This document shows, one piece after another, positions 20,211-28,655 of a stretch of 64,000 nt of DNA; position 1 is the first letter of the stretch, and the number at the start of each line of letters is the position of its first letter. Position numbers and translations under genes: made by a program. Origin of the DNA: Bacteroidales bacterium (lineage in GTDB: Bacteria; Bacteroidota; Bacteroidia; Bacteroidales; VadinHA17); the NCBI GenBank assembly GCA_018056245.1, contig JAGPFZ010000001.1, positions 79,241-143,240 on the forward strand. Reading direction: 5' to 3'. The notes beneath the pieces were generated by a model. It had not been told where the DNA came from and searched no databases. It worked only from the letters and a program-made list of their open reading frames with translations.

Positions 20211-22253
20211 TTAATATCTGAACTTCTTGAGTAATTCTTTTACTTGCAGGTAAACATTTTCAGGTGTGAAGCCAAATTTTTCATCAAGAACCTTATAGGG
20301 GGCAGAGTGTCCAAAGGTTTCGAGTCCCCATATTTTCCCCTTCGATTCTACAAAGTGCTGAAGTGTAACTGGCAATCCTGCAGTAAGACCGAAGACAGGA
20401 ATGTCATCTGGGATTATTGATTTTCTGTAATCTTCGGGCTGATTCCGGAATAAACCTTCGGAAGGGGCGGATATTATTCTGTATTTAATGCCGTCATTTT
20501 TGAGAAGCAGTGCTCCTTCGAACAGAGTTGACACTTCCGAACCGTTTGCAACAAGGATAATATCAGGTTTTCCGTCGCAATCATATACAATATAAGCTCC
20601 TTTTTGGAGATTTAACGCATCGTTATATCTGTTTCCTGAAATAGAAGGTATGTCTTTTATATTCTGGCGCGAGAGCAGAAGGGCGGTAGGTGTGTATCTG
20701 TTTTCGAGAGCTGTTTTCCATGCGGCAGTTGTTTCGACAGCATCGGCAGGCCTCAGAACCAGCATGCTATTTTCTCCATGATGGTTTTTAAGATGTTCCA
20801 TCAGTCGCAACTGTGCTTCCTGTTCAACAGGCTGGTGAGTGGGTCCGTCTTCACCCACTCTGAATGCATCGTGCGACCATATATATATTACCGGTATGCG
20901 CATCAGACATGCGAGACGTACAGCGGGTTTCATGAAATCGGAGAATACCAGAAATGTGCCGCAGGCCGGTATTACTCCGCCGTGAAGAGCCATGCCGTTC
21001 ATCACTGCCGCCATGGTCAGTTCCGACACTCCTACCTGAAGAAATGAACCTGTGAAATCATTTTTCACAAAAGGCTTTGTCTTTTTCAGGAAACCATCGG
21101 TTTTATCGGAATTTGAAAGGTCAGCTGAAGCAACTATCATATTCTCAACTTTTCCGGCAAGTACTTCGAGTACGGCCGATGAGGCCACTCTTGTTGAAAC
21201 ACCTTCTTTCTGTTTTATCTGGCTGAAATCAATTGAAGGAATTTTGTTAGAATAGAAGTCGTGAAGTTTTGCCCCCAGAGCCTGATTGGACTTCTCCCAC
21301 TCAGCAAAGTGTTTTTTCCATTCTTCAGCGGCCTTTTGTTTTCTATCGAGGACTTTTCTGTAATATTCCTGAACGTCGTTAAAGATGGCAAAAGGATTCT
21401 CAGGGTCTCCGCCGAGATTGATAACTGATTTCTCGAACGAGCCACCTGCTTCGCTAACAGGCATTCCATGTGTTGATGTCTTTCTTTCAAAACTCTTTCC
21501 TTGTGCGTCAACAAGGCCTTTACCCATTATGGTTTTTCCTATTATAATCGTGGGTTTTTCTTTTTCATTAATAGCTTTTTTGAGAGCATTACGGATTTGA
21601 CTATGGTCGTTTCCATCTATCTCCATCACATTCCAACCCCATGCTCTGTATTTCATTGCAGTGTTTTCGTTTGTGACTGCGTTTGTTTCAGTTGAAAGCT
21701 GGATTCCGTTCGAGTCGTAGAACATTATCAGATTAGATAGTCCAAGGAAACCGGCAAGTCTGCCTGCACCCTGAGATATCTCTTCCTGAATTCCTCCGTC
21801 GGAGATGAATGTGAAAATTTTATGGGAGAAAAATTCGCCAAAGCGAGCTGCAAGAAATCGTTCTGCTATTGCAGCTCCCACTGCAATGGTATGGCCCTGG
21901 CCGAGAGGCCCGGATGTGTTTTCTATCATTCTTTTCCGGTCGAGTTCGGGATGACCTGGCGTAGGGCTCCCCCACTGGCGGAATTGTTTGATATCTTCAA
22001 TTGAAAAATGACCTGTAAGGGTCAGGACTGCATAGAGCATCGGCGACATGTGGCCGGGGTCGAGGAAGAACCTGTCGCGGTTAATCCATTCAGGGTCAGA
22101 GGGATCGAAATTCAGGAATTCAGAAAAAAGAATATGTATAAAATCGGCACCGCCCATAGCACCTCCGGGGTGCCCCGACTTAGCCTTTTCAACCATAGCC
22201 ATGGCAAGTATGCGGATATTGTCGGCAGCTCGTTTATTGATATCTTCACTCAT
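20211..22253 (-). CDS. tkt: transketolase
   Basis: 680 aa. N-terminal ThDP-binding region (SGHPGGAMGGADF; SDGGIQEEISQGA), plus pyrimidine-binding and C-terminal domains. Confidence 0.95.
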   Translation of the reverse strand: MSEDINKRAADNIRILAMAMVEKAKSGHPGGAMGGADFIHILFSEFLNFDPSDPEWINRDRFFLDPGHMSPMLYAVLTLTGHFSIEDIKQFRQWGSPTPGHPELDRKRMIENTSGPLGQGHTIAVGAAIAERFLAARFGEFFSHKIFTFISDGGIQEEISQGAGRLAGFLGLSNLIMFYDSNGIQLSTETNAVTNENTAMKYRAWGWNVMEIDGNDHSQIRNALKKAINEKEKPTIIIGKTIMGKGLVDAQGKSFERKTSTHGMPVSEAGGSFEKSVINLGGDPENPFAIFNDVQEYYRKVLDRKQKAAEEWKKHFAEWEKSNQALGAKLHDFYSNKIPSIDFSQIKQKEGVSTRVASSAVLEVLAGKVENMIVASADLSNSDKTDGFLKKTKPFVKNDFTGSFLQVGVSELTMAAVMNGMALHGGVIPACGTFLVFSDFMKPAVRLACLMRIPVIYIWSHDAFRVGEDGPTHQPVEQEAQLRLMEHLKNHHGENSMLVLRPADAVETTAAWKTALENRYTPTALLLSRQNIKDIPSISGNRYNDALNLQKGAYIVYDCDGKPDIILVANGSEVSTLFEGALLLKNDGIKYRIISAPSEGLFRNQPEDYRKSIIPDDIPVFGLTAGLPVTLQHFVESKGKIWGLETFGHSAPYKVLDEKFGFTPENVYLQVKELLKKFRY

Positions 22254-22295
22254 ATAAACAAAATTTGATTATTACTGAATGCAAAATTAAAATTA

Positions 22296-22826
22296 TTACA
22301 ATTTAATTTTTAATGTTTTTGTAATTTCGTCAGATACTCCTGTAAGTACAGTAAAATTCATTCTTCCGTCATGTTCAAATGAGATTTGAAAGTCGGTAAT
22401 AAAATCGTTGTATTGCCCAAACTGAATACATTTAATTTGTATGTACTCATCGAGCAATTTTCTTTCTTCGCTGTTTTCTTTGCTATTAAACGCTTTCATA
22501 GCATCATTGAGTTTATCTTCTCCAAAAGTTTTCTTTATGATACCACAATTCCATGCAACTACGCCCATAGATATAATGCCCCTTGCATCTTCTTCGTCCT
22601 GTGCTGTAAATAAAATTGGTTTTATCATTTCGAGCAAAACGGTAGAAATTTTTTCTTTTCTGCATAGCAGTGACCTGTCAATAATTTTCACATTGTCTTT
22701 TTCTGCATTTTCAAGGAGCATTTGTTGGTCTTTGAGCAAATTATCATTTAAAAGGGTTTGCTTTTCCCTTTCTTTTTTTCTTTGCCTTAACATCTTTGCC
22801 AGTTTTATATTATTTGATTTAGACAT
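22296..22826 (-). CDS. hypothetical protein
   Basis: 176-aa ORF with no recognisable motif. Its ATG overlaps the stop of the decayed HTH gene upstream (ATGTCTAA). Confidence 0.5.
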   Translation of the reverse strand: MSKSNNIKLAKMLRQRKKEREKQTLLNDNLLKDQQMLLENAEKDNVKIIDRSLLCRKEKISTVLLEMIKPILFTAQDEEDARGIISMGVVAWNCGIIKKTFGEDKLNDAMKAFNSKENSEERKLLDEYIQIKCIQFGQYNDFITDFQISFEHDGRMNFTVLTGVSDEITKTLKIKL

Positions 22827-23095
22827 TTCTCTTTTTTTTGTATTTTAATTGTTTCTCAGCCACCTTCAATGCTGCAAGTCCAAGATCTTCATTTTCAATT
22901 TCGTAAAGTACCTTTTCACTTAAAAACTCAATAAGTAATTTTTCTGAATTAGCATTATAAAGCTTAGCTAATTTTTAAACCAGTTCTTTTGAGAATTTTC
23001 TCTCTCCGCGTTCCATTTTACTCAATACAGCCACGTCAATATCGGCTTGCATTGAGCCTTTCTCAATGATAATCCTTCTTTTTCTAAAATCCTTT
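22819..23095 (-). pseudogene. decayed XRE-family helix-turn-helix regulator gene
   Basis: The reverse-strand reading gives ...ADIDVAVLSKMERGERKFSKELV*KLAKLYNANSEKLLIEFLSEKVLYEIENEDLGLAALKVAEKQLKYKKKRNV, with an in-frame TAA at 22975-22977. The expected first helix (LEKEGLSLRKAQ) lies in a different frame upstream, which implies an additional frameshift near 23050. Confidence 0.45.
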
Positions 23096-23219
23096 TATAC
23101 AAGTTTTATCGATACTTTTTAATGGTATATAAATAATGCAAAAATACCTTCAGAAAAAATCAATTTTTCCGTGAGCCCGATTATACTGAAATCTTAAATT
23201 TGGTTAAATCAACACTATA

Positions 23220-23633
23220 TCAGAGATATTTTCTATCTTCTTCCGGAACTTCAAAATATTTTGAATAACGTTCGGCATCAGGACCTCTCAGTTCAAGCTC
23301 CGAACCTCTTATTTTGTAAGTGCATTTTTCACCGGCAATATCTGAAAAATAAATGTCATATTCTTTTCCGTCTTCATCTATCATAATTATTCTTACCAGA
23401 TGACTATATTTTGCACTGTTGAGCAATGAATGGCATATGGGACATGTATAGAGATATTCCTCGCCCTCTTTCAACGGGAACGTGGGATGAGTAGTAACAG
23501 TATAATTTCCCAGTTCCGGATTAAGGTAAACAAGGCCTCTCTGGGAACTGTTCTTTTTTTGTGCAGCCAGGACGATGGAAGACTTAACATTAAGGTGTCC
23601 CCTGCATGCTTTACATAAATATTCAACTGCCAT
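23220..23633 (-). CDS. hypothetical zinc-ribbon protein, last gene of the hydrogenase operon
   Basis: The ORF track gives 23220..23678. The internal ATG at 23633 (MAVEYLCKAC...) leaves only an 11-nt overlap with the protease gene. It has a CxxC...CPIC cysteine pair. Confidence 0.5.
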   Translation of the reverse strand: MAVEYLCKACRGHLNVKSSIVLAAQKKNSSQRGLVYLNPELGNYTVTTHPTFPLKEGEEYLYTCPICHSLLNSAKYSHLVRIIMIDEDGKEYDIYFSDIAGEKCTYKIRGSELELRGPDAERYSKYFEVPEEDRKYL

Positions 23634-24090
23634 AATGTACCTCCTCTTTATTAATTTTTTTAATAATTTCTTTAGCAACTTTTGTTACAAGATACGAAAT
23701 TTTTTCGCCAAAAATAATAGTTTCGGGTTGAATTCCGAGAATAAAAACTTTTGCAGGGAAAAAATCGGAAATCCGTTTCAGTGAGATATTGTGTGTGTTA
23801 AAAGAAAAATCCCGTATCTCGTCAACAGGCAACAGCCTGCATGTTCCGGGTTGGGCATTCATATCAACACAGTCAATCAGAACAATAATATCCGGATTGA
23901 GTGAATTTATTTTTCCAATATAGTTTTCGATGCTTACTTCAACGGTAAGGGATATAATATTTTTCATGGGTTTTATTCGCCGGCTGATATAAACTCCCAC
24001 GCCGTCGTCACTTTTGAGCACATTACCTATGCCGGCAAAAAGAATTGTTTTGTCTGCCTCAGCCAGAATCTTATCTAGAGCAGGCAACAT
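23623..24090 (-). CDS. hycI: [NiFe]-hydrogenase maturation endopeptidase (HycI/HyaD family)
   Basis: Carries the family motif ILFAGIGNVLKSDDGVGVY. The ATG at 24090 overlaps the stop of the upstream gene (ATGA). The ORF track's longer start (24123) is probably an extension. Confidence 0.8.
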   Translation of the reverse strand: MLPALDKILAEADKTILFAGIGNVLKSDDGVGVYISRRIKPMKNIISLTVEVSIENYIGKINSLNPDIIVLIDCVDMNAQPGTCRLLPVDEIRDFSFNTHNISLKRISDFFPAKVFILGIQPETIIFGEKISYLVTKVAKEIIKKINKEEVHYGS

Positions 24091-24698
24091 CAAAGGTATT
24101 TTATAAGTACCAGTCTCAGGCAATTAGGGCAAAGGACATTAAACATATCTTTCCTTTTGAGCTGGTCTTTCACTTCCACTTCAATATCCTGACCTTCCGA
24201 AAGCTTTAGTTTCTCATTGAGCACATTAAGATCGAGTATGGAGGAATATGCCTTAGGGCCAAGTTTTTTATATATATATTGAAGATGTTCTTTGGTAGTT
24301 ATCACGGCTCCGCAATTTTTGCATATTAAAAGCTCTTTTTCCTGGTAATCAATATTTTCCGTCCTGTCGGTTACAGCAAGATCAAAGATTTTGTCGGATA
24401 GTTTAACTCCTTTCTGTGTTATGCAGTGTTCTTCACACTGACCGCAGAAGATACATTTACCATAGTCTCTTTTTATTATTCTTAATCTTTTTTCGACGTC
24501 GTCGGTAAAGGTTATTGCGCAGGGCGGACAAACATTTGCGCATGTCTCACACCCAACACAGTTATCGTTATCAACCACAGGCCTGCCTCTGAATTTTTCA
24601 AATGGAATATGTTCTTCGTAAGGGAATCTTGTTGTATACGCGGGTGTGAACAATGATATCAATGCCTCTTTCAATTCCCGAATCTTAGGGTATTTCAT
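24090..24698 (-). CDS. NuoI/MbhN/HycF-like 2x[4Fe-4S] subunit with C-terminal Cys-pair extension
   Basis: 202 aa with the motifs CVGCETCANVCP and CIFCGQCEEHC. The extra C-terminal ~75 aa contain CKNCG...CPNC. Confidence 0.8.
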   Translation of the reverse strand: MKYPKIRELKEALISLFTPAYTTRFPYEEHIPFEKFRGRPVVDNDNCVGCETCANVCPPCAITFTDDVEKRLRIIKRDYGKCIFCGQCEEHCITQKGVKLSDKIFDLAVTDRTENIDYQEKELLICKNCGAVITTKEHLQYIYKKLGPKAYSSILDLNVLNEKLKLSEGQDIEVEVKDQLKRKDMFNVLCPNCLRLVLIKYL

Positions 24699-25012
24699 TT
24701 TGCATCATTTTTATAGTCATCCTTTACACTTTTGTCGGTCATTTTTACGCCGAAATGATATGTACCTCTGACGAGTGCATGTGCTGCAACGGTAGCGCTG
24801 AAAAACAACAGAGGTATAGCGATAAGGCCTTTTATGCCAGCATCGGTAAAACCGAAATGGATAAAAACTCCCAGCAAAATACTACAGTATCCCATTGTGA
24901 CACATTTTGTTGCTGCCTGCAGCCTGTTATACACATCAGGCAGCCTTAAAAGTCCTATGCATCCAAAAATATTGAACAGGATTCCGATGCTAATAATAAT
25001 CAGTTCGATCAT
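24695..25012 (-). CDS. Mrp/Mnh antiporter subunit G-like (MbhC-like)
   Basis: 105 aa with 3 TM helices and the MnhG signature LLRLPDVYNRLQAATKCVTMG. Confidence 0.8.
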   Translation of the reverse strand: MIELIIISIGILFNIFGCIGLLRLPDVYNRLQAATKCVTMGYCSILLGVFIHFGFTDAGIKGLIAIPLLFFSATVAAHALVRGTYHFGVKMTDKSVKDDYKNDAK

Positions 25013-25014
25013 AT

Positions 25015-25281
25015 CTATTCGTTTAATTTTTTTCCGCTCAGATATTTGGCAAGGGTAAGGGTTCCGATAAAGCTGAATATAATCCAGGCTATTCCAATAT
25101 CAATGATGAATTTTTTCCCTGTAAGAATAGTAATAATGGCACATACGCCTACAACAAGTATTCCGAAGATGTCGATTGCCACCATTCTGTCGGGGATAGT
25201 TGGACCTCTGATTATCCTGTAAAGGCAGACTCCGCTCAGGGCAATCTGCGTATAAAGAAGTATTTCAAGCCATAAATTCAT
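25015..25281 (-). CDS. Mrp/Mnh antiporter subunit F-like (MbhB-like)
   Basis: 88 aa with 3 TM helices, sitting between the E- and G-like subunits. It overlaps the upstream gene by 4 nt. Confidence 0.7.
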   Translation of the reverse strand: MNLWLEILLYTQIALSGVCLYRIIRGPTIPDRMVAIDIFGILVVGVCAIITILTGKKFIIDIGIAWIIFSFIGTLTLAKYLSGKKLNE

Positions 25282-25766
25282 TCCGCAAAATTTTTAATAT
25301 ATTTTTCAAACGGGCTCATAATTATTCTTGAGTATTCTTCTGGGTTATCCGACCTGATATATATCCAGTGTATGTAAAAGTAGTCGCCTATTATATCAAC
25401 GGTGAGTGTGCCTGGTGTCATGGTTATTGAATTTGCAAGAAGGGTTTTTGCAAAGTCAGATTTCAGGTTTGTCTTTACTTTGACAATTCCCGGTCTTATG
25501 GGAAGTTTTGGGTGAAGCACTCTGTATGCTACGTCGAAATTTGCTTTTATGCACGACCAGATGAAGGTTACAAGGTAAACCAAAAACCAGAACCAGCGGT
25601 GGGGCTGTAAAAATTTGCCTACACCTGTGAAATAATACCTTGCAAAAATTATTGTGCATAAGAGTGATGCGGCTGTACCGACAATAATGTTAGGAACCGT
25701 TATCTTGAAGGTAAGCAGTAACCAGAAAATCAGGCAAAGTATAAAAAAGGCAATGTTTCTCTTCAT
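25278..25766 (-). CDS. Mrp/Mnh antiporter subunit E-like (MbhA-like)
   Basis: 162 aa with two N-terminal TM helices and a soluble C-terminal part. Size and order fit MnhE. Confidence 0.7.
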   Translation of the reverse strand: MKRNIAFFILCLIFWLLLTFKITVPNIIVGTAASLLCTIIFARYYFTGVGKFLQPHRWFWFLVYLVTFIWSCIKANFDVAYRVLHPKLPIRPGIVKVKTNLKSDFAKTLLANSITMTPGTLTVDIIGDYFYIHWIYIRSDNPEEYSRIIMSPFEKYIKNFAE

Positions 25767-25767
25767 A

Positions 25768-27306
25768 TTACATTCCGGTTATTGATATTGTGTAAAGCTG
25801 GGAATCTGTCAGTATCCGTATAGCCGGTGTGAGTATCACGTCTCTTACCTGTGGCAGAGCTATAAGGCTCAACACAAGGCAAAGGACCGCCAGGGTAACC
25901 ATGCTGAACACCATAGGGAACGGCACTTCTTTAGGGCTGTTTTCACTCTTTTCGATTTCTTTGTTATAGAATGCATAACGCTGAAATTTCATGAATGAAG
26001 CAAGTGTAACGATACTTACTATTACTGCAATAACTGCCAGGAGGTAGAATTTTCCAATAATAGCGGCTATAATTATTATCAGTTTGCTGAAGAAGCCGTT
26101 GAATGGCGGTATTCCGGATATTGCCATAGAAGCTACAAATGATGTGGACGATGTGGCAGGCATCAGTCCGGCCAGTCCGCCCATTGATTTAAGGTCACGC
26201 GTCCCTGTTCGGTACTCTATTGCTCCAGCGTTGAGGAACAGAAGGCTCTTAAAGGCGGCATGGTTGATTAGGTGAAACAATCCTCCTGCTATTGCAAGGG
26301 AAGCAACTTCGGGTTTTGTCCCCCGTGCAAGCAGTATCATTCCGATTCCAGCCGACATAACCACGTAGCCCATCTGGCTTATGCTATGGTAAGCCAGCAG
26401 CCTCTTGATATCCCACTGGCCTATCGCAAGCAATACACCTACAGCCATGGATAATGCGCCGAGTGTTGTTATCAGTACAGCCATTTCTTCAGTTATAATA
26501 AACATATTGAAGAAGAGCCTTAAAATGACATATATTCCGGCAGCCTTGATAAGCACGCCTGAAAGCATTGCAGAGATAGGCGAAGGAGCCGAGGAGTGTG
26601 CATCGGGCAGCCATGCATGGAAAGGAATGATTGCTGCTTTAAGCCCAAAACCACTGAGTAAAAGTAATTGCACAGGAATATAAAATGATTTTTCAGTATT
26701 TGTACCCAGTGCAGCTTTAATATCAGCAATGTTAAGTGTTTTTGCTTTCCAGTAAATGAAACTTATACCAATAAGGATGAGCATAGATGCAAGACCACCG
26801 AGAACCTGGTATTTGAAAGTAGCCTCGAGCTGTTCTCTCTCCACACCAAATGCCACAAGAGCATAGGAAGATATTGCAGAAATCTCGAGAAAAACATAAA
26901 TATTGAAAATATCACCGCTGAGCACTATTCCATTCATTCCGGCAATCATCAGGCAGAAAAGGGAATAAAAATAATTTTCGGAGGTGTACTGACTGACGTA
27001 TGTAAATGAGTAAACTATTGACAGGAAACCTATTGTATTTATTATACATAATAATATTGCGGAAAGGCTGTCGAGTACCATATAAATGCCGATAGGTGTT
27101 CCATTTACCGGTTCCCATCCGCCCACTTTATAAACGCTGATTTTTCCGGACAATCCCGCAATGGAAATATAACTTATTACCATAAGGAATAATAGTACGG
27201 TCATGCCGATATACTTATTGGCGCTCCTGAAAAATTTCCCAATGATCATTATCAGGAAAGCACCGCCCAGCGGTACGGCAACGAATAATGGAATAAGCGG
27301 ATTCAT
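25768..27306 (-). CDS. MrpD/NuoN/NuoM-like antiporter-type subunit
   Basis: 512 aa and polytopic, with proton-conducting-transporter family motifs (FHAWLPDAHSSAPSPISAMLSGVLIK...LLAYHSISQMGY). Confidence 0.85.
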   Translation of the reverse strand: MNPLIPLFVAVPLGGAFLIMIIGKFFRSANKYIGMTVLLFLMVISYISIAGLSGKISVYKVGGWEPVNGTPIGIYMVLDSLSAILLCIINTIGFLSIVYSFTYVSQYTSENYFYSLFCLMIAGMNGIVLSGDIFNIYVFLEISAISSYALVAFGVEREQLEATFKYQVLGGLASMLILIGISFIYWKAKTLNIADIKAALGTNTEKSFYIPVQLLLLSGFGLKAAIIPFHAWLPDAHSSAPSPISAMLSGVLIKAAGIYVILRLFFNMFIITEEMAVLITTLGALSMAVGVLLAIGQWDIKRLLAYHSISQMGYVVMSAGIGMILLARGTKPEVASLAIAGGLFHLINHAAFKSLLFLNAGAIEYRTGTRDLKSMGGLAGLMPATSSTSFVASMAISGIPPFNGFFSKLIIIIAAIIGKFYLLAVIAVIVSIVTLASFMKFQRYAFYNKEIEKSENSPKEVPFPMVFSMVTLAVLCLVLSLIALPQVRDVILTPAIRILTDSQLYTISITGM

Positions 27307-27309
27307 CTG

Positions 27310-27648
27310 TTATCCTCTTAGATTTTTAATCTCTCTTATATCCAGGGTTTTATATTTTCTGTAAATCCTGATTATCACTGCCATAAGCATTGCCGTAGTT
27401 GCCAGTCCTATTACAATAGCAGTCAGCACCATAGCTTGTGGCAAGGGGTCAACATAAATTACGTCGGGTTTTGCAGGGTCAACTATAGGAGGAACACCGT
27501 TTTTTACATATCCGATTAAGGCAAGAAAAAGAAAAGTGCTGAACTCCATGATTGACAATGATATTGCAATCTTCATAAGATTTCTTCTTGTGATAACGCC
27601 ATAAAGCCCGACAAGAAACAAAACAAAGCAGAGCAGGTAGAGTATCAT
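27310..27648 (-). CDS. MrpC/NuoK-like subunit (MbhG-like)
   Basis: 112 aa with 3 TM helices and a NuoK-like pattern. It overlaps the upstream gene by 4 nt. Confidence 0.8.
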   Translation of the reverse strand: MILYLLCFVLFLVGLYGVITRRNLMKIAISLSIMEFSTFLFLALIGYVKNGVPPIVDPAKPDVIYVDPLPQAMVLTAIVIGLATTAMLMAVIIRIYRKYKTLDIREIKNLRG

Positions 27649-28082
27649 CTTGTAATTTCTTCTTTAAATATTAATAATGCAAGAAAAATTGTTAGTATAG
27701 AAGCAGCGACTTCAATACCGATGAAAATGTTATACAGCGGGATTACTCCGGCACTTATGAGTTCACCAACTTTACCTTTAGGCAGCCAGTTCAGGAAAAA
27801 GACTTTTGTGCCGAGTGCCATACCGATCAGGGCAATTATTAAAGCGACAAGTACTCCAAAGTTTTCTGTAATGGTGGAGCCAGTCTCTTCCCTGGTAAGA
27901 TGCATAAAGTCGCTTCCAAAGGCAAGAATCAGAAGAATGAATGAGCCGGCAACGATTACACCGCCGGCAAAACCACCTCCGGGTGTCAGATGCCCGTGTA
28001 CAATCACATATACGCCGTAAAGAAAAACCATTCCACAAATCAACTGTGTTGTTTTCTTTACTATTACGGTCATTCCTTTCAT
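27645..28082 (-). CDS. MrpB-like subunit (MbhF-like)
   Basis: 145 aa with the motif HGHLTPGGGFAGGV, typical of MnhB-type subunits. Confidence 0.75.
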   Translation of the reverse strand: MKGMTVIVKKTTQLICGMVFLYGVYVIVHGHLTPGGGFAGGVIVAGSFILLILAFGSDFMHLTREETGSTITENFGVLVALIIALIGMALGTKVFFLNWLPKGKVGELISAGVIPLYNIFIGIEVAASILTIFLALLIFKEEITR

Positions 28083-28115
28083 TTTGTATTGTTTTCTTTT
28101 CTTAATTAACTATAT

Positions 28116-28643
28116 TCATTTCCTCCCCTTAATCCTTAAGATAGTCAGCACTCCCAGTACTGCCGTAACCAGCACTGTTGCCTCGCCAAGCGTATCATAT
28201 CCTCTGAAATCGAACACGACTCCCGTCACAAGGTTTGCACTTCCGGTTTTTTCAGCGGCACCTTCGATGTAGTGCTTTGCCATTCTAAGAGTCCCTTCGC
28301 CAAATTTATCGAGCGATCCTGTAGCCGTTTTCAGGAAGAAAAAAATCGCTATTACCAGAATCAATGCTGTGGCAATATTTATATATCCCTGTGGATCGGG
28401 TTTTGTGAATGGTTCGTCGCGGGTGCAGTCGAGCACTACAGCAACCATGATTACCAGAGTGATTGTTTCGACCACAATCTGAACTATTGCCAGATCGGGG
28501 GCTTTTAATAGCAGGAAACATATAACCAGTCCATACCCTACGATACTGCAGGAAATAACTGCCGACAGAAGGTCTTTTGCATGGATGGCAAAAATTGCTC
28601 CGAGAATCATCAAAACCAGTATAACCGATAGTGCAACTTCCAT
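28116..28643 (-). CDS. MrpA C-terminal-domain-like / MbhD-MbhE-like membrane subunit
   Basis: 175 aa. N-terminal TM helices are followed by the MnhB-domain motif [21 protein letters not shown]. Confidence 0.65.
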   Translation of the reverse strand: MEVALSVILVLMILGAIFAIHAKDLLSAVISCSIVGYGLVICFLLLKAPDLAIVQIVVETITLVIMVAVVLDCTRDEPFTKPDPQGYINIATALILVIAIFFFLKTATGSLDKFGEGTLRMAKHYIEGAAEKTGSANLVTGVVFDFRGYDTLGEATVLVTAVLGVLTILRIKGRK

Positions 28644-28655
28644 ATAGAAGCTTAA

